Of a stretch of 64,000 bases of DNA, positions 53,111-62,891 are shown one piece after another. A model generated the notes under the pieces. The model was not told the DNA's origin. It did no database searches and saw nothing but the letters and a program-made list of their open reading frames with translations. The DNA comes from an uncultured Leptospirales bacterium (GTDB lineage Bacteria > Spirochaetota > UBA4802 > UBA5550). The translations under genes and the position numbers were made by a program. The DNA lies in contig CAZHNW010000004.1 in the NCBI GenBank assembly GCA_964534225.1, forward strand, positions 13,135 through 77,134, in the 5' to 3' direction. The stretch's first letter is position 1. Each line of letters opens with the position of its first letter.

Positions 53111-53967
53111 CCATGAGAATTGCCATTGCCAGCGGAAAGGGCGGAACGGGAAAGACCACCCTCAGCTGCGGGCTTGCCTGGGCCGCTTCCCGGAAGGGGG
53201 AGGGGCCCGTTACCCTCGTGGACTGTGATGTAGAAGAACCGAATGTCAACCTCTTCCTTGAGGCCTCTCTTGAGGCCAAAGAAGAAGTGACTGTACTGAA
53301 CCCCCGCGTTGACAAGGATGCCTGTACAGGCTGTGGTGCCTGTGGTGATATCTGCCAGTTCAGCGCCATTGTTGTGGTTAACGGGGACCCCCTTGTTTTC
53401 CCTGACATGTGTCATTCCTGCGGGGGATGTGCCCTTGTCTGTCCTGTTGATGCCATTACCGAGGTGGAACGCCCCATCGGTGTCATTGAAAAGGGAACAA
53501 AGGAAAAGCTCCGTTTTCTCGGAGGACGCCTTAATGTCGGTGAGGCCAAGGCACCGCCGTTGATTCATGCCGTTGCTGAAAAAGCAAAGGATGTGGAAGT
53601 CGTAATTTTTGATGCCCCCCCGGGGACAAGCTGTCCTGTCATAGAGACGGCGCGTGAATCTGACTTTGTCATTCTCGTTACGGAGCCCACACCATTCGGC
53701 CTTCATGATCTTGCCCTTGCCGTGGAAATGATAAAGGCCCTCAACATACCCTTTGGGGTTGTCATTAACCGGTCCGATGCAGGGGATGACCGTGTTGATG
53801 TCTACTGCAGGAAGGAAAATATCCCTGTACTGGGGCGTATCCCCTTTTCTCGTGCCGTGGCTGAGGCCTATGCCGAGGGAAAGGTGATAGAAAAACTTGA
53901 AGAGATGCACGGGGATATTCTGCGGGATATACTTGATGAGGTGACCCGAAGGCAGGTAGAAAAATGA
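53107..53967 (+). CDS. MinD/ParA-superfamily P-loop ATPase with an inserted 2x[4Fe-4S] ferredoxin domain (COG1149-like), copy 1
   Basis: Deviant Walker A IASGKGGTGKTT. Inserted CTGCGACGDICQFSAI…CHSCGGCALVCPVDAI. Confidence 0.8.
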   Translation: MTMRIAIASGKGGTGKTTLSCGLAWAASRKGEGPVTLVDCDVEEPNVNLFLEASLEAKEEVTVLNPRVDKDACTGCGACGDICQFSAIVVVNGDPLVFPDMCHSCGGCALVCPVDAITEVERPIGVIEKGTKEKLRFLGGRLNVGEAKAPPLIHAVAEKAKDVEVVIFDAPPGTSCPVIETARESDFVILVTEPTPFGLHDLALAVEMIKALNIPFGVVINRSDAGDDRVDVYCRKENIPVLGRIPFSRAVAEAYAEGKVIEKLEEMHGDILRDILDEVTRRQVEK

Positions 53968-54827
53968 AGGAAGTAGTTATAATAAGCGGTAAAGGTGGAA
54001 CCGGTAAGACCAGTATTGCCGCCTCACTGGCGGCGCTGGCGGAGAATGCCGTAGTTGCAGACTGTGACGTTGACGCTGCGGACATGCACCTGGTTCTGCA
54101 GCCGAAGGTAGATGTGGAGCATGAATTTTTTTCCGGTATGGTTGCCACTACTGATCTTAAAAAGTGTACCTCCTGCGGGAAGTGCCGGGAACTCTGCCGC
54201 TTTGATGCCTTTTATGATGATTATACCATTGATCCCGTTGCCTGTGAGGGGTGCGGAGTCTGTGTCGAATTCTGTCCTGAAAAGGCTATATCCCTCGATG
54301 AAAAAATGGCGGGCCGGTGGTTCGAGTCAACCACGGATTATGGCCCCCTCTACTTCGCCCGTCTCAACGTGGCTGAGGACAATTCAGGAAAACTTGTTAC
54401 CCGGGTAAGAGACAGCGCCCGGACTTTTGCCCGTGATAACGGGAAAGACTATATTATTGTTGACGGCCCTCCGGGGATAGGCTGCCCCGTTATTGCCAGT
54501 GTTACCGGGGCGAACCTTGTTGTTGCAGTAACAGAACCCACTGTCTCCGGTATCCATGACCTGAAACGGGTGGTGGACCTGGCTGGACACTTCACTATTC
54601 CTGTAACGGTCTGTATAAACAAGTACGATCTCAGTGAAAAGGGAAGCAGCGAACTCGAGAATTACTGCCGAGAAAGGGACATTCCCGTGATAGGAAAACT
54701 TCCCTTTGATACTGTCTTTACTGACGCCATGGTGGCAGAACTCCCCGTTGTGCGCTACAGCGATGGAGAAATGACCCGCAGGCTGACAGAAATCTGGGAA
54801 AAGGTGAAAGAGAAACTTGAAGATTGA
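53964..54827 (+). CDS. MinD/ParA-superfamily P-loop ATPase with inserted 4Fe-4S ferredoxin domain, copy 2
   Basis: ISGKGGTGKTS; CTSCGKCRELCRFDAF…CEGCGVCVEFCPEKAI. Overlaps copy 1 by 4 nt. Confidence 0.8.
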   Translation: MKEVVIISGKGGTGKTSIAASLAALAENAVVADCDVDAADMHLVLQPKVDVEHEFFSGMVATTDLKKCTSCGKCRELCRFDAFYDDYTIDPVACEGCGVCVEFCPEKAISLDEKMAGRWFESTTDYGPLYFARLNVAEDNSGKLVTRVRDSARTFARDNGKDYIIVDGPPGIGCPVIASVTGANLVVAVTEPTVSGIHDLKRVVDLAGHFTIPVTVCINKYDLSEKGSSELENYCRERDIPVIGKLPFDTVFTDAMVAELPVVRYSDGEMTRRLTEIWEKVKEKLED

Positions 54828-55347
54828 AATAGAACCTGTCGGAATTATTCGTACCCCTTACAAAACTGTTGCTGACGGGGTCCCTATACAGGGGGCGCGT
54901 CATCCCCACACTGAAGGGCGTGTGGAACTCTATGAGCCCTATCACGAGGGCCTGCTGCACCTTGAAGGTTTTTCACATGTCTATCTCCTCTATTTTTTCC
55001 ACTGGAGCCAGAAGACTGCCATCAGGGCGTGTCCTTATGCCGAGGATGTTGAGCATGGTATTTTTGCCATCAGGTCACCTCACCGGCCCAACCATATCGG
55101 TATGACCCTGGTGCGTCTCGCGGAGGTGGGAGAGAAATCACTCGTGGTGAAAGGTGTTGACATGCTCGATGGGACGCCCTTACTGGATATAAAACCCTAC
55201 AGCCCCGCCTTTGACGCTGCTGTTGATGTCAGGACAGGCTGGATGGAGAAAGCGGCGGGGGAGAAGGGTTTCGATATAAAAGTTAAAGATGCAGAGACAT
55301 GGCTGCACGAAAACGGCGGTCATGGTAATGGAGGAAAAAATGAGTAA
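54817..55347 (+). CDS. TsaA-like (YaeB/UPF0066) SAM-binding methyltransferase-fold protein
   Basis: …VELYEPYHEGLLHLEGFSHVYLLYFFH…RSPHRPNHIGMTLVRL…GTPLLDIKPY matches the TsaA/YaeB family. Confidence 0.7.
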   Translation: MKIEIEPVGIIRTPYKTVADGVPIQGARHPHTEGRVELYEPYHEGLLHLEGFSHVYLLYFFHWSQKTAIRACPYAEDVEHGIFAIRSPHRPNHIGMTLVRLAEVGEKSLVVKGVDMLDGTPLLDIKPYSPAFDAAVDVRTGWMEKAAGEKGFDIKVKDAETWLHENGGHGNGGKNE

Positions 55348-56188
55348 CCAGAAACAACAGGGCGGGCAAACAGTATTTGATCCCGCAAAAGCCGCCGAAG
55401 CTAAAGAAATGAAAGAGGTTCTCGGCAGAATAAAAAATTCATACGTGGTGCTCTCAGGCAAGGGAGGTGTCGGCAAGTCTACTGTTGCGGTTAACCTGGC
55501 AGTGGCCCTGGCACGGCGCGGATTCAAAACGGGACTCCTTGATATCGATGTCCACGGTCCCAGTGTACCCGGAATGCTGGGTCTCAAAAATGAAGAGCCA
55601 CATGCTAATGAGAAGCATAAGCTCATACCCATTGAGCATGGTTCAAACCTGAAGGTCATCTCTGTCGGTTTTCTTACTGATGATCACGATGATCCCATTG
55701 TCTGGCGGGGCCCTCTCAAGCACGGTGTGATAAAGCAGTTTATCAAAGACGTAGAATGGGGGGAACTGGATTACCTTATTGTTGATTCTCCTCCTGGAAC
55801 AGGGGATGAGCCCCTGTCTGTTATTCAGCTTCTGGAAAATCCTGACGGGGCCATTATCGTTACTACTCCCCAGGATGTGGCGTTGAGTGATGTAAGGAAG
55901 TCAATCTCCTTCTGTCGCAAACTCGAAATTCCCGTGGCGGGGGTCATTGAAAATATGAGTGGATTTGTCTGTCCACACTGTGGTGAAAGGGTTGATATCT
56001 TCAAGACGGGCGGCGGTGAATCAATGGCCGCCGATATGAAGGTTCCCTTCCTTGGTGCCATCCCCGTGGAGCCGTCAATCGTTGCCGGGGGAGATGAAGG
56101 GAATCCCTTTAGTAACACGGATAAACCCTCTGAAGGTGCGTCAGAAGCTTTTGCTTCTATTGTTGAAAAAATAGTTTCAAAGAAATAA
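55340..56188 (+). CDS. Mrp/NBP35 (ApbC) family Fe-S cluster carrier ATPase
   Basis: Walker A SGKGGVGKST, IVWRGPL, and CPHCGERVDIF (CxxC cluster-binding). RBS ggagg upstream of the MSNQK start. Confidence 0.85.
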   Translation: MSNQKQQGGQTVFDPAKAAEAKEMKEVLGRIKNSYVVLSGKGGVGKSTVAVNLAVALARRGFKTGLLDIDVHGPSVPGMLGLKNEEPHANEKHKLIPIEHGSNLKVISVGFLTDDHDDPIVWRGPLKHGVIKQFIKDVEWGELDYLIVDSPPGTGDEPLSVIQLLENPDGAIIVTTPQDVALSDVRKSISFCRKLEIPVAGVIENMSGFVCPHCGERVDIFKTGGGESMAADMKVPFLGAIPVEPSIVAGGDEGNPFSNTDKPSEGASEAFASIVEKIVSKK

Positions 56189-56210
56189 AGAGGTGTGAGA
56201 ATGAGGGCCG

Positions 56211-57194
56211 TCAGTTAAAGAGGCGGCCCACCACATCAATGGCATGCTGGTAGGTCTCTTCAAAGGAGAGTTTTGATTTAAAACCCGCCGCGTTTTTATG
56301 CCCGCCGCCGCCGTTTGTCATGGCAATCTCTGCCACATCGAGTTCGCCCTTGGTGCGCATGCTCACCTTGACAGGGCCGCCGAAATCCTGTTTTACCAGT
56401 ACACTCGCAACGACACCTTTTACGGTAAGGGGCAGGTTGATGGCAGGTTCCCCCTCGGTAAAGGTGGCACCTGTTTCTTCCAGCATTTCAGGGGTCAGTT
56501 TCATGGCAATCATTTTTCCCCCGTGAAGAACCTCCATCGATGCAGTAATTTTGCTCCGCAGGGAAAAACTCGATAGTGAATTGCTTTCATAAAGGTGCTC
56601 ATAGATGGCAAAGGGATTTGCTCCCTTTTCGATACAATGTGCGGCTATTTTGTAGGTCCAGGGGGAAGTCTTTGGGTAGCGGAAACTTCCCGTATCAAAG
56701 AGCATTCCTGTATAAATTGCCTGTGCCGCCTTGAAGGAGAGTTCATTTCCGTAGCGGATAATAATGTCGTAAATAATTTCGCAGGCGGATGAAGCCTCTA
56801 CTTTGATAAAGTTTGACTGGAACTTGTCCCTGTCCCCTTCATGGTGGTCGATGATAAAAAGGTCCTGAACCAGGTCTTTAAGTTTATGGTAGGCGGCACC
56901 GATGTTGTCATAGTCGTTTGTGTCGAGGACTATCTGGGCATAGTCTTCAATGTCCGGGGGAGGCTGAAACGAATCATCGTAGATGTTGATCTCTCTGTCA
57001 ATATCGATGAATTCAACGGTGTCGGGGGTGGGGTCCGAGTTGATGATAATCGATGTCTTGCCGATGACCTGAAGCAGTTCGTGAAAGGCAATTTCAGCCC
57101 CAAGGCCGTCTGCATCGGGGCTTTCATGTGTCGAGATTACGAATTTTTCATACCTGTTCAGGAAGGCATCGAGGTTTTTGAATCCTTTTTCCAT
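56211..57194 (-). CDS. DHH-family phosphoesterase (NrnA-like oligoribonuclease/pAp phosphatase) with DHHA1 domain
   Basis: HESPDADGLGAE, IIDHHEG, and C-terminal GGGH (GGGGHKNAAG). Confidence 0.8.
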   Translation of the reverse strand: MEKGFKNLDAFLNRYEKFVISTHESPDADGLGAEIAFHELLQVIGKTSIIINSDPTPDTVEFIDIDREINIYDDSFQPPPDIEDYAQIVLDTNDYDNIGAAYHKLKDLVQDLFIIDHHEGDRDKFQSNFIKVEASSACEIIYDIIIRYGNELSFKAAQAIYTGMLFDTGSFRYPKTSPWTYKIAAHCIEKGANPFAIYEHLYESNSLSSFSLRSKITASMEVLHGGKMIAMKLTPEMLEETGATFTEGEPAINLPLTVKGVVASVLVKQDFGGPVKVSMRTKGELDVAEIAMTNGGGGHKNAAGFKSKLSFEETYQHAIDVVGRLFN

Positions 57195-57295
57195 TATTCC
57201 ACCGTTTTGGGAATTTCTTTTAAAAGTGGATACCCCATTTTATTCCTGATTGCAACATCTTTTTCTGCACAGCGGCAGGTAATGTTCATGACGCC

Positions 57296-58849
57296 CTATC
57301 CTTCTCCTTCATAGGCGTCTTTCAGGCCCTGATGAATCCTTTCGAATTCTTCTTTGTCCTGCAGTCCCATTTCTTCGAGAACATCTTCGTCGATGATTTG
57401 AAATTTTTGTTTTCTGTTTTCGATTTCCACGAACATGTCAGCCAGGTACACGATATATACAAGGTGTTTCAGGTGGTCCGGGGCGAGATGGGGCCTGTTA
57501 TGGAGTTCGATAGCGGTGATAAGGGCTTCGTTAAACTTCCATTTCTTTGCAATGAGGGCGCCCAGAGTACTGTGACTCAGGCCGAGGGATATTTCCTCAA
57601 GCAGGTTAGAGTCATCGATTCCCTTGAATCCTGCAATATTTTTCAGGCGTTGAATCAGCTCCTCGTCAATGGAGAGTAGAACAATATTTCCGATGTCAGC
57701 GAGCAGTGCAGAAAGATAGGCGAACTCACTGATGCGGGGTTCTTTCAGTTTCTGGGAAAGCTTTTGGGCATAAAAAGCCCTTTTATAACTGCTTTTCCAT
57801 ATTTTTTCGAAACGCCGGTAACGTTCATCAATGATTTTATAAACCCCGGAGGCGACAAGAAGGGTGTTAATGCCCTTCATTCCGATTTTCATTACTGCCT
57901 CTTCGATGGTGTCGACTTTACGAATGGTGAGGTAGCCCGCAGAGTTGGCAAGTTTTAATATCGAAGTTGTCAGTCCCGGGTCACGGGAAATACTGTCCGC
58001 GATAACCTTGATAGGGGTATCAGGTGTACTGCAGAGTTTTTGTATTTCGGTAATATTATCAGGAAAGCCGGGAATTTCGTCTATTTCTTTAAGTATTCGT
58101 TCCGTTATTTCATGAGTTGAGCTCTGCTCTGTCAGGTTTTTCGGAACTGTGAGGGTTGAGATGGTCAGGTTTTCTTTGCGGTAGATTTTGAAATTTTCTG
58201 CTCCAAGGCCGGTATTTTTGAAAAGCATCATCGCCATTATCAGGCCCAGGCCCGCACCTTCAGAATCGTCAAGAACATCTTCAAAGGCCTCGGAGATATC
58301 CTTATACTTGTATGCCTTGTTGACACGTGCATTGATTTTTTTCAGTTCCTGGTCAAGGATGGGAATATTATTGATCACATTAATGTGAATATGTTCATCA
58401 GAGGTCTTGAAGGCGACACGTACCACAAGTTTTGATTTTTCAAGTTTTTCAAGGTAGATGTCAATGTCATCCTGGTAGGTTTCTTCTTTGAATGTCTCCA
58501 TTCCTGTACGGTAATCTTCGATTTGTGCTATATCGAGGGATTTTTGACTGAAATAGAGTCTTTTCAGGTTTGCCTTAACGGCATTGTTGATGAGTTCTTT
58601 AACAATGGTGATTATGGTATCCTTGATATAGAGAATATCATATTCCTGAAGATAACGGTGCACAATTCTGGTGATGAGTGCCTCGGTTTCACCGGTTACC
58701 TGGTGAAACTGAATAAAGAAGTCTTTCTCCTGTTTTATGGCATTTTTAAAATCTGGTGGATTAATGACCAGACTTGACTGCTTTACTTCATTCAAAGCAG
58801 TAATCTCCTTTATTTTAAAAATTGAGTCCTGAAATGCGTTAATTGACAC
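57296..58849 (-). CDS. GHKL-ATPase-like N-terminal module fused to a C-terminal HDOD domain
   Basis: N-terminal 230 aa paralogous to the 41214..41891 protein (VKELINNAVKANLKR; EGAGLGLIMAMMLFKN). C-terminal half has HDOD features (…LADIGNIVLL…HSTLGALIAKKWKFNEAL). Confidence 0.6.
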   Translation of the reverse strand: MSINAFQDSIFKIKEITALNEVKQSSLVINPPDFKNAIKQEKDFFIQFHQVTGETEALITRIVHRYLQEYDILYIKDTIITIVKELINNAVKANLKRLYFSQKSLDIAQIEDYRTGMETFKEETYQDDIDIYLEKLEKSKLVVRVAFKTSDEHIHINVINNIPILDQELKKINARVNKAYKYKDISEAFEDVLDDSEGAGLGLIMAMMLFKNTGLGAENFKIYRKENLTISTLTVPKNLTEQSSTHEITERILKEIDEIPGFPDNITEIQKLCSTPDTPIKVIADSISRDPGLTTSILKLANSAGYLTIRKVDTIEEAVMKIGMKGINTLLVASGVYKIIDERYRRFEKIWKSSYKRAFYAQKLSQKLKEPRISEFAYLSALLADIGNIVLLSIDEELIQRLKNIAGFKGIDDSNLLEEISLGLSHSTLGALIAKKWKFNEALITAIELHNRPHLAPDHLKHLVYIVYLADMFVEIENRKQKFQIIDEDVLEEMGLQDKEEFERIHQGLKDAYEGEG

Positions 58850-59097
58850 ACGCGGTAGTGTTCAGGGAACTGCTGTTTCAGATTTTTTATGCACTAAGTC
58901 TATTTATTAATCGGAAATAATCAAGTCTTTTACTCCTATTTTATTCTTGAGAATGCCCTGTCATTACCATTTGTCATATTTTTTACATTGACAATTCTCT
59001 TTTATGCATATAAATAAGAAAGAGATGGTTTTTTTCTTGCCATATTTTAATAGTGATTGTTTCACTATTATAATTATTTTTGTATCTGGAGTAAACA

Positions 59098-59544
59098 ATG
59101 CCAAGGGATGAATCATTTCCCAATTTAAACGCCAAATCGCCGGATGGTCTCAAGCCCGGGGGGAAACCCTATCGGGTAATGGTTGTTGAAGGAAAAGAAT
59201 TTCAGAGAAAACTGCTGGTTCAGATACTTGAATCGGAGAAATATACCATCGTAGCAGCAGTGGGTAATGGCAAGGAAGCCCTTGATGCCCTGGAAAAGAT
59301 GTCCCCTCCTCCTGACCTGATTACAACCGACCTGGATATGCCGGTTCTCGATGGGTACGCTTTGATGTTTGAGTTAAAGAACAGAGAAAACAGGCCTCCA
59401 GTGGTTTTCATAAGTGATGATACGACAAAGGGGGTCATGCAGGACCTCATTTCAATGGGAATTGCGGATTTTATCCTTAAACCCATCAATAGAAGGGTCG
59501 TACTTGAGCGATTGAGAAAAGTAATAATTAAATATCACAGGTAG
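59098..59544 (+). CDS. Single-domain response regulator (CheY-like receiver)
   Basis: RVMVVEGKEFQRKLL…DLITTDLDMPVLDG…FISDD…K pattern with a conserved phospho-acceptor Asp. Confidence 0.8.
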   Translation: MPRDESFPNLNAKSPDGLKPGGKPYRVMVVEGKEFQRKLLVQILESEKYTIVAAVGNGKEALDALEKMSPPPDLITTDLDMPVLDGYALMFELKNRENRPPVVFISDDTTKGVMQDLISMGIADFILKPINRRVVLERLRKVIIKYHR

Positions 59545-59598
59545 CCGGTACCGGTTTCTGTCTGTAGAGATACTGTGAGAAGGCATGAATTTTAGGAT

Positions 59599-60693
59599 AT
59601 GAGTGATCAACTACAATCAGCGGCAGATTCCCTTGCTGAACAGACGAGAAAACTGGATATTGCCATATACTATACCCACGGGGATATGGAAAAGGCAAAA
59701 CAGATGGTTGCCGGCTCCTACAAAGATCTCTATGCTTTAAAGGTGAGGTTCTCTTCATCGTCAATGTACGGGGTTTTTCTGCTTTTTTTCAATGCTGTTT
59801 ATTCAAAATTGAATAGTGTTTATGTTCTTGTCTCTCCTTCCTTCACGATAGAAGATATTAAAACAAATATTGACTGGCATCAGTTTGAGCATATCATCAG
59901 GGAGCATTATGACCAGGGCGAGCATGATGGCGTACTCTGTAACCATGCCCGTGAAGAGCTTTCATCAGGTTTTTCCCTTGAATTCTCCAATGACCTGAGG
60001 CGCCTTATCGAAAACAATGATGCTATCAGCATCAATCATAAATTCAAAAAATACATCGAAGACAGGCTTGGTTTTCAGCAGATAAAAATTTCTGTCGATT
60101 ACGAACCTGTTTCTTCCCTTGATATGGAACTTAATTCAACGAGTGCTCCCAAGCTGAACCAGCAGGACATTGACGAGGCACGGTCACGGGCATCAGACAA
60201 AAAAGAAGAGGGCGTAAAGGAAAAAAAGACAGACACAGAAGACCCTCTCGCTGGCAAGGAAGTCAAGCTTATCCTCAACGGAAGCCTTATTCTCTCACCC
60301 ATAAAGGGTGTTGATATTTCTGAACTCGAGGTGGGTGACCGCATCAAGCTGAAGATCCTCGACAAGGGCTCAAAGGCTGTTCAGGTGGCAAAGGCATTCA
60401 ACGCCTATGACGAAGAGAACAAGGCCTTTTCCGCCATTCCCGGCAGGATTGTCTCTAAAAAACATACAATCAGGGAAGGGTATCATATTTTTGTCATTGT
60501 CGCAAAGGGCATCTATGTTAAAATCATAGAAGAAGAGGAAAACATAAAGGTTGCCGTTGATGATGCTGACAGGGCCCAGAGGGCAACCGCAGCAGCAGAA
60601 GAGGATAAAAGCACTATCAGTCTTCCTCTTCTTATTATACTTATCATTATTTTTATCGGTATCGTGGCAACAATTGTAATGCTTGTTACCTGA
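59599..60693 (+). CDS. Hypothetical C-terminally membrane-anchored protein
   Basis: 364 aa, soluble acidic N-terminal region and a single C-terminal TM helix (LPLLIILIIIFIGIVATIVMLV). Confidence 0.45.
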   Translation: MSDQLQSAADSLAEQTRKLDIAIYYTHGDMEKAKQMVAGSYKDLYALKVRFSSSSMYGVFLLFFNAVYSKLNSVYVLVSPSFTIEDIKTNIDWHQFEHIIREHYDQGEHDGVLCNHAREELSSGFSLEFSNDLRRLIENNDAISINHKFKKYIEDRLGFQQIKISVDYEPVSSLDMELNSTSAPKLNQQDIDEARSRASDKKEEGVKEKKTDTEDPLAGKEVKLILNGSLILSPIKGVDISELEVGDRIKLKILDKGSKAVQVAKAFNAYDEENKAFSAIPGRIVSKKHTIREGYHIFVIVAKGIYVKIIEEEENIKVAVDDADRAQRATAAAEEDKSTISLPLLIILIIIFIGIVATIVMLVT

Positions 60694-60714
60694 CACGTTG
60701 TTCTATGGTACCTC

Positions 60715-61479
60715 TTATGGCACGGGCCTTATGGGAATTCCCCGGGCTGCAAGGGCCTCTTTTACTTCCTTAATAGAAAACTCTCTGAAATGAAAAATGG
60801 ACGCTGCCAGTACCGCGTCAGCTTTGCCTTCTGTGAGGCCGTCGTACATGTGGTCGATTGTTCCCACGCCCCCTGAGGCGATGACCGGTATTGTGACTGC
60901 TTCAGATATTGTCCGGGTGAGGGGAAGGTCATAACCGATCCTGGTACCGTCACGGTCCATGCTGGTAAGGAGAATCTCTCCCGCCCCAAGGTCTTCGGCC
61001 CGGCGGGCCCATGCAACGGCGTCATGCTCGGTACGGGTCCTCCCTCCATGAAGGTAGACGTTCCAGCTGTTGTCTCCTGTTGACTTTGCGTCAATGGCCA
61101 CGAGAATACACTGTGACCCGAAACGTTTTGCCGCCTCTTCGATGATCTGCGGGTTTTCCACCGCGGCGGTATTGATGGAGACCTTGTCGGCGCCGTTTTC
61201 CAGTATCATGCGTACATCATCAACGGTGCGGATCCCCCCGCCCACGGTAAAGGGGATATGAACCGTTTCGGCAACATGCTGTACCATCTCGAGAATGATG
61301 TTGCGCCTGTCAGAAGAAGCGGTGATGTCGAGAAAAACCAGTTCGTCCGCCCCTTCTTTATCATAGAAACGTCCGTTTTCCACGGGATCTCCCGCGTCAA
61401 TGAGGTTTACAAAGTTGACTCCCTTGACAACGCGGCCGTTATCTACGTCAAGACAGGGAATGATTCTTTTTGCCAGCAT
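60715..61479 (-). CDS. hisF: Imidazole glycerol phosphate synthase cyclase subunit
   Basis: [20 protein letters not shown]…GGGIRT…SGGVGT pattern is diagnostic for HisF. Confidence 0.9.
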   Translation of the reverse strand: MLAKRIIPCLDVDNGRVVKGVNFVNLIDAGDPVENGRFYDKEGADELVFLDITASSDRRNIILEMVQHVAETVHIPFTVGGGIRTVDDVRMILENGADKVSINTAAVENPQIIEEAAKRFGSQCILVAIDAKSTGDNSWNVYLHGGRTRTEHDAVAWARRAEDLGAGEILLTSMDRDGTRIGYDLPLTRTISEAVTIPVIASGGVGTIDHMYDGLTEGKADAVLAASIFHFREFSIKEVKEALAARGIPIRPVP

Positions 61480-61688
61480 GTTACTTTTCCTTGGTTATTT
61501 AGAATTATATGGTCGTGACAATAGTATCATAACCTGGCCCACAATTCGCGGTGAGGCATTTTTTTTCAATTGTTTTTCCGGTTGCAGTAATGTTTTGGAA
61601 ATAAAGGGAATTGCTTGACAAAAGATGTCGTATTACAAAATATACATTTTTATACACTATCTGGTAAAATTTCACGATTTGTAATATC

Positions 61689-62243
61689 ATGCATGAAACA
61701 ATCGATATCCCGAATATTCTCGTAACAGTTATTTTTACCCTTCTTGGTATTTTTATTCCCATGATTTTTCATCTTTTCGGGCTGGGGCCGGTTTTCCTTC
61801 CCATGTTTCTTCCCCTGGCAGTGGGGGCCTTTCTGCTGAGCCCCCGCAATGCCCTGCTGATGGGGGCGGTGACACCCCTTGTTTCCGCTCTCGGCACAGG
61901 GATGCCCCCCTTCTACCCGCCTGTTGCTGCGGTTATGGTGGTGGAGCTTTCTATTTTTTGCCTGATCATTTCCCTGCTGCAGCACGGGTCTAAACTTCCC
62001 CGCATGGCTGTTCTTTTAATTGCCATTCTGGCAGACAGGGCGGTGCTGGTACTTCTCTACATGTTTATTATGCCCCGTTTTCATATATCTTTCAAGGCCT
62101 TCACCCTTTATGATACCATGAAAAGTCTTCCCGGTATTGTGCTGATGCTTGTACTGGTGCCGGTTCTGGTACCCCTTTCGCAGAGGATTTTAAAAAATAA
62201 CCGGCCCCGTCTTTACGAGCTCTCTTCAGGTGAAGAGGACTGA
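61689..62243 (+). CDS. Small polytopic membrane protein (ECF-transporter S-component-like)
   Basis: Five or six TM helices in 184 aa. It sits upstream of putative ECF T and A components. Confidence 0.45.
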   Translation: MHETIDIPNILVTVIFTLLGIFIPMIFHLFGLGPVFLPMFLPLAVGAFLLSPRNALLMGAVTPLVSALGTGMPPFYPPVAAVMVVELSIFCLIISLLQHGSKLPRMAVLLIAILADRAVLVLLYMFIMPRFHISFKAFTLYDTMKSLPGIVLMLVLVPVLVPLSQRILKNNRPRLYELSSGEED

Positions 62244-62258
62244 GTCGAGGAGAAAAAA

Positions 62259-62891
62259 ATGAATTCATATAATGAGAAAACTAATGAAAAGACAGCCTAC
62301 TTCAACGGCCTTGCACCGGACTGGGACAGTGTGGTGGGTAATGACGAAGAGCGGATTAAAAAACTCGACGAACTTTTCGAGAGAATCGAACTGCGTCCCG
62401 GTGACCGGGTCCTTGATGTCGGTTCCGGCAACGGTGTGCTGCTCCCACTGATCCATAAACGTATCGGTGAAGAGGGTGCCATTACCGCCCTCGATGCGGC
62501 AGAAGAGATGCTCAACAGGGCAAGGGAGCTCTATCCTTCATTTACCAACGTGCGGTATGTTGCTTCACCTGTTGAAGACATCAATGACGAGGCGGGAAGT
62601 TACGATGTTGTTCTCGCCTTTGCGGTGATTCCCCACGTGGATGATATCCCGGGGGCGCTGAAAAAAATCAGGGAACTTCTCAGTGATAACGGGCGTCTCT
62701 ACATTTTTCATCTTGCGGACACGGCATCGCTTAACGATTTCCACAGCCGCCTTGACGCGCCGGTACGCCATGACATGCTGCCTGAAAGGGACGAAATGGA
62801 ATCACTTCTCAGGGGTGCCGGTTTCGACATGGCCCTCTACCTCGATGAGCCGGGACTGAACTACATCGAGGCCATTCCATGTACGGGCTGA
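62259..62891 (+). CDS. Class I SAM-dependent methyltransferase
   Basis: Motif I VLDVGSGNGVL, post-I acidic residue, motif II/III spacing. Confidence 0.75.
   Translation: MNSYNEKTNEKTAYFNGLAPDWDSVVGNDEERIKKLDELFERIELRPGDRVLDVGSGNGVLLPLIHKRIGEEGAITALDAAEEMLNRARELYPSFTNVRYVASPVEDINDEAGSYDVVLAFAVIPHVDDIPGALKKIRELLSDNGRLYIFHLADTASLNDFHSRLDAPVRHDMLPERDEMESLLRGAGFDMALYLDEPGLNYIEAIPCTG

Noticed and set aside
52771-53910. 379-aa minus-strand ORF (Pro/Arg/Gly-rich) and several other long antisense ORFs at 52811-53408
   Set aside because: It lies entirely antisense to the well-supported MinD-ferredoxin ATPase and the Gly/Arg-rich gene. Its low-complexity composition is typical of GC-rich antisense frames, and it has no RBS.
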